DNA of 64,000 nucleotides from an uncultured Actinomycetes bacterium (GTDB lineage Bacteria; Actinomycetota; Thermoleophilia; Gaiellales; Gaiellaceae): NCBI GenBank assembly GCA_963698925.1, contig CAVOSR010000001.1, positions 384,096 to 448,095 of the forward strand, read 5' to 3'. Shown piece by piece: positions 61,140 to 64,000 of this stretch (position 1 is its first letter; each line of letters starts with the position of its first letter). The notes under the pieces were generated by a model. It saw only the letters and a program-made list of their open reading frames with translations, ran no database searches and was not told where the DNA came from. The position numbers and the translations under genes were made by a program.

Positions 61140-61535
61140 ATGGCGAAGAGCGAATCGCAGAGCGCGTCTCCAGCTCAGCTGATCGACGCGAGGATCGAGG
61201 AGCTGGACGACTGGCGGGGAGAAGTGCTCGGCCGGCTCCGCGCCCTCGTCAAGGACGCCGATCCCGACGTCGTCGAGGAGTGGAAGTGGAGAGGCGTCCC
61301 GGTCTGGTCGCACGACGGGATCATCTGCACGGGCGAGACCTACAAGAGCGTCGTGAAGATGACCTTCGCCAAGGGCGCAGCGCTGAAGGATCCTGCGGGA
61401 CTCTTCAACTCCAGCCTGGAGGGAAACACACGGCGCGCCATCGACTTCCACGAGGGCGAGGAGATCGACGAAGAGGCGTTGAAGACACTCGTCCGCGCCG
61501 CCGTGACGCTGAACCGGTCGAAGGCCAAGAGCTAG
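61140..61535 (+). CDS. DUF1801 (YdhG-like) domain protein
   Basis: Met107 of ORF 60822..61535 (GAGGAGG RBS). The product reads ..DDWRGEVLGRLRALVKDADPDVVEEWKWRGVPVWSHDG..KMTFAKGA. Confidence 0.7.
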   Translation: MAKSESQSASPAQLIDARIEELDDWRGEVLGRLRALVKDADPDVVEEWKWRGVPVWSHDGIICTGETYKSVVKMTFAKGAALKDPAGLFNSSLEGNTRRAIDFHEGEEIDEEALKTLVRAAVTLNRSKAKS

Positions 61536-61617
61536 CTCCGCCGGGCCGCGGAGCGTGCGACACGCCCGATGCGGCGTCACCCGGCGCCTGCTCGATGACG
61601 TCGCTTAGGCTCACGTC

Positions 61618-62490
61618 ATGACAGACAACGCGGTGGATGGGTTGATTGCATCGGTCCTCGTGCTGTCGACCCTGGGAATCGCGGTCGTTCTGAGCGGCTG
61701 CAGCAGCGGAGACGACGCCCGCGTTGCACGAAACACGACCGTCGCAGCCGAAGCCCCGATCGACCGAGTCGTCAACGTCGACGGTGAGCGTGGCCTGTAT
61801 CTGAGGTGCTCGGGCACCGGCTCTCCCACGGTTGTGTTGGAGGGCGGCGACGAGGACACGAGCGACTCGTACGCGTTTGCTGAGAGCCGCCTGGCGGCGA
61901 TGACGAGAACGTGCGTCTATGACCGGGCCAATCTTGGCCGTAGCGATCCCGCGCCGGGCCCGCGCGGCTTCACCGACCTCGTGGAGGATCTGGATCGTCT
62001 GCTCGTCAAGGCCCGGGTCCCGGAGCCGTACGTCCTCGTCGGGACCTCCGGTGGTGGATACATCGCCGCGGGCTACGCCGTCGCCCACCCGACACAGATT
62101 GCGGGGATGGCCTTCATCGAGGTTCCCACACCGTTCCGTGACCCACCGCCGCCGATCATCGAAGAGACGAAGTGGAACCACCCCTCGAACGTCGAACGGC
62201 GCGACTATCTGCAGGTCGAGAAGGACGCTTGGGCGGCACGAAAGACCGTTGGTGACATTCCGATCACCATCGTCAGCAACGCCTACAGCGACGACGAGAT
62301 CGCGACGGCGTCGTTCCCCTCCGAGCGGAGAGGAATGCGATCGAACGTCCGGGATCAACGAGGTTGGCTGATGCTCAGCCCTCGGGCAACGCAGACCATC
62401 GTCCATACCGGCCACGCCGTGGAGGAAGCGGACCCGGAGCTCGTGATCAAGGTGATCCTCGACGTGGTCGAGGCCGCGAAGAACCGGTAA
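61618..62490 (+). CDS. Alpha/beta hydrolase lipoprotein
   Basis: Intact 290-aa ORF with lipobox VVLSGC after an N-terminal hydrophobic segment, the nucleophile elbow GTSGGG and a C-terminal His block. Confidence 0.75.
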   Translation: MTDNAVDGLIASVLVLSTLGIAVVLSGCSSGDDARVARNTTVAAEAPIDRVVNVDGERGLYLRCSGTGSPTVVLEGGDEDTSDSYAFAESRLAAMTRTCVYDRANLGRSDPAPGPRGFTDLVEDLDRLLVKARVPEPYVLVGTSGGGYIAAGYAVAHPTQIAGMAFIEVPTPFRDPPPPIIEETKWNHPSNVERRDYLQVEKDAWAARKTVGDIPITIVSNAYSDDEIATASFPSERRGMRSNVRDQRGWLMLSPRATQTIVHTGHAVEEADPELVIKVILDVVEAAKNR

Positions 62491-62609
62491 CAACGCTCAC
62501 CCCGGATCGGGGAGCCTGTCAGGGCGCTCGCCCACGGTTGAGCCGTGGTTCGAACCGACTGAACCTCGGAGAGTCCCGCACGATCCAGTGGTCGTAGGAT
62601 TCGCGCCCG

Positions 62610-63038
62610 ATGGCACGCTTCGGAGAGCACGCGGTGTGGTTCAGCTTCACGTCGGATCGTTTCGACCACTCCTCGGAGCTGCCCCCCGAAGCCAATGCCG
62701 GCAATCGGTTCTACGGGCGGGATGTTGCGTCGTTCATCACCGCCGGGCTGACCGAGCGCGGGCTCGACGCCTCGTTCTTCGACGAGGACTGGGGCTGGCA
62801 AGTCCACGCGGGACGTCCCGATGAGTCGGTACTCGAGATCTCCATCTACCACCACCCTGAGGGGAATCCCGCCACAGAGGACGACTGGGCGCTGATGGTG
62901 CGGTCGCTGCGCAAGGAACGCAAGCTGGGGATCTCGCGCTTCCGCGAGCTCGAGGTCGACGCCGATGCGGTCTCGACGCTGGAGGATGTCTTTCGTGAGG
63001 CCGCCGTCGCGCTCAGAGAGACGGAGCCGGTGGCCTAG
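62610..63038 (+). CDS. Hypothetical protein (142 aa)
   Basis: Intact ORF with normal composition. I recognise no family. Its 3' end overlaps the convergent TOPRIM gene by 4 nt. Confidence 0.45.
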   Translation: MARFGEHAVWFSFTSDRFDHSSELPPEANAGNRFYGRDVASFITAGLTERGLDASFFDEDWGWQVHAGRPDESVLEISIYHHPEGNPATEDDWALMVRSLRKERKLGISRFRELEVDADAVSTLEDVFREAAVALRETEPVA

Positions 63039-63553
63039 ATGTGCGCCAGGACGCAGTCGAGCGGCCGCGGGACCCGCTCGAGGTCGAGTGCCTCCACCAG
63101 GAGCACGGCGTACCGCTGCTTGCGATTCCACATGAAGCCGTGCAGCTGTTCCTCGAGCGGCCGGGAGCGGTGCGCAGGTTGCTTCTGGTAGGTCCGGAAC
63201 GCGCGCAACTCGCCCTGCTCCGCGAGCACGCGCTCCATTCCCTCCGGCCCCACAGCCCGCGTCAGCTCGTCCTCGAGGTCGAGCGAGCAAGCATAGAACC
63301 CGATGCGCTCGAGCCCACCGCGGTCGTCGCACCCCAACGCGCGCAGGAAATACCGCTCCTCCCCCACGTCGTAGAGCCCCGCGAGTCGGACGTCGCGGTA
63401 CTGCCCGAGAACGCGCGGCAGGTTTCCGTAGCCCCCCATCGGCACGACTGCGACGCCCTCCGCCTGGAGGTCGCGGCCGCGGCGACGCGCGAGTGTCTCG
63501 ACAGCGCGGCAGTCGCTCGTGCCCTCGACGAGCACCACTCCGCGCAGCTGCAT
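63035..63553 (-). CDS. Stand-alone TOPRIM domain protein (OLD-nuclease-type Toprim without an ATPase domain)
   Basis: Intact 172-aa ORF. VVLVEGTSDCRAVE (Toprim Glu), an acidic cluster LDLEDEL, and the overall length match OLD-family Toprim modules as I remember them. Confidence 0.55.
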   Translation of the reverse strand: MQLRGVVLVEGTSDCRAVETLARRRGRDLQAEGVAVVPMGGYGNLPRVLGQYRDVRLAGLYDVGEERYFLRALGCDDRGGLERIGFYACSLDLEDELTRAVGPEGMERVLAEQGELRAFRTYQKQPAHRSRPLEEQLHGFMWNRKQRYAVLLVEALDLERVPRPLDCVLAHI

Positions 63554-63603
63554 GACTGCATCAGATCAGGTCGACGACGAGCGGCGGTGTCGATCTCTTC
63601 ACG

Positions 63604-64000
63604 TCATGGTGCAAGCTCGATCGCGAACACGACGGTCCTGGAAAATGTCGTGCCGTCGATCTGCGCTCCGTAACAGCCCGACGTGAGTGCCCGAACCGCA
63701 GTCGGTATCCCTCGCGAGTACCTCGGCTGTCCGGACCAGCTCACCGTGGTGTAGGGCTCGATCCGCAGCTCGTCCTTTGGCACCCGTGTGCCGTTGAAGC
63801 CGAGCCAGCCGACGCCGTCAAGCCGCTTGCCGCGGATGAGAACACGACCGCGGTAGCTGGGAGCGACGTACCAGAACACCTTCTCGCCTTGCCACGGTCC
63901 CCCGTACTGCGTGTCCTTCGAGGCGTTCACGAGCCCTGAGGTTGCGCCGAGGCCCGGATAGACCGGGCCCGGCCCGATCCCGCTTGCGCCGAAGATGCGC
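63604..64000 (-). CDS. Hypothetical protein, C-terminal part (5' end outside the window)
   Basis: The frame of ORF 63604..63930 stays open to the window edge. The composition is protein-like (..WQGEKVFWYVAPSYRGRVLIRGKRLDG..). I recognise no family. Confidence 0.4.
   Translation of the reverse strand, partial: RIFGASGIGPGPVYPGLGATSGLVNASKDTQYGGPWQGEKVFWYVAPSYRGRVLIRGKRLDGVGWLGFNGTRVPKDELRIEPYTTVSWSGQPRYSRGIPTAVRALTSGCYGAQIDGTTFSRTVVFAIELAP

Noticed and set aside
62535-62575. tRNA-like fragment (GGTTCGAACC T-loop-like string)
   Set aside because: No T-stem pairing or acceptor stem can be drawn. The adjacent CCACGG-TTGAG-CCGTGG element is just a small hairpin.

Overview
Very GC-rich chromosomal segment (GC not computed; third codon positions are almost all G/C) that looks actinobacterial. 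I see about 65 protein genes, two tRNAs (Cys-GCA, Gly-GCC), and no rRNA, CRISPR, transposase or integrase. Out-of-frame and antisense ORFs here are long and Arg/Ala/Pro-rich, so calls rest on how protein-like each translation is and on family motifs I recognise. No searches were run. Content from left to right: (1) a Liv-type ABC transporter tail, thiolase, EamA transporter, histidine phosphatase, APH-type phosphotransferase and LLM/F420 oxidoreductase. (2) Long minus-strand lipid and CoA-ester operons with 4-nt start/stop overlaps: acyl-CoA dehydrogenases, acyl-CoA synthetase, enoyl-CoA hydratase, SDRs, quinone oxidoreductase, PaaI thioesterase, Zn-ADH and an FMN hydroxy-acid dehydrogenase. 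(3) A putrescine/GABA module: gabT, a potABCD-like transporter and an aminobutyraldehyde dehydrogenase. (4) A minus-strand cluster built around a protealysin-like M4 protease and an emfourin-like inhibitor, plus an unassigned ~88-aa domain that occurs both fused to the protease and as a stand-alone gene. (5) An SGNH-MBOAT-SGNH O-acylation module. (6) An arginine deiminase locus (arcA, arcB, arcC) with a divergent APC permease, followed by a P-type ATPase and an MFS exporter. (7) A yfcC-pepD module bracketed by 51-nt palindrome-bearing repeats. (8) Next to tRNA-Gly, a gene encoding a membrane anchor, a collagen-like stretch, a VgrG/gp5-type octad beta-helix and a PAAR-like tip. (9) An intact right flank of small accessory genes. 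A dominant technical and biological feature is that at least ~50 single-base frameshifts interrupt otherwise well-conserved genes between about 7.4 and 55.5 kb. The first 7.3 kb and last 8.5 kb show none. I call these genes pseudogenes in the formal sense, but sequencing or assembly indels are at least as likely as real decay. Coordinates derived from the ORF track are exact. Frameshift positions and hairpin or repeat edges are approximate (plus or minus a few nt).
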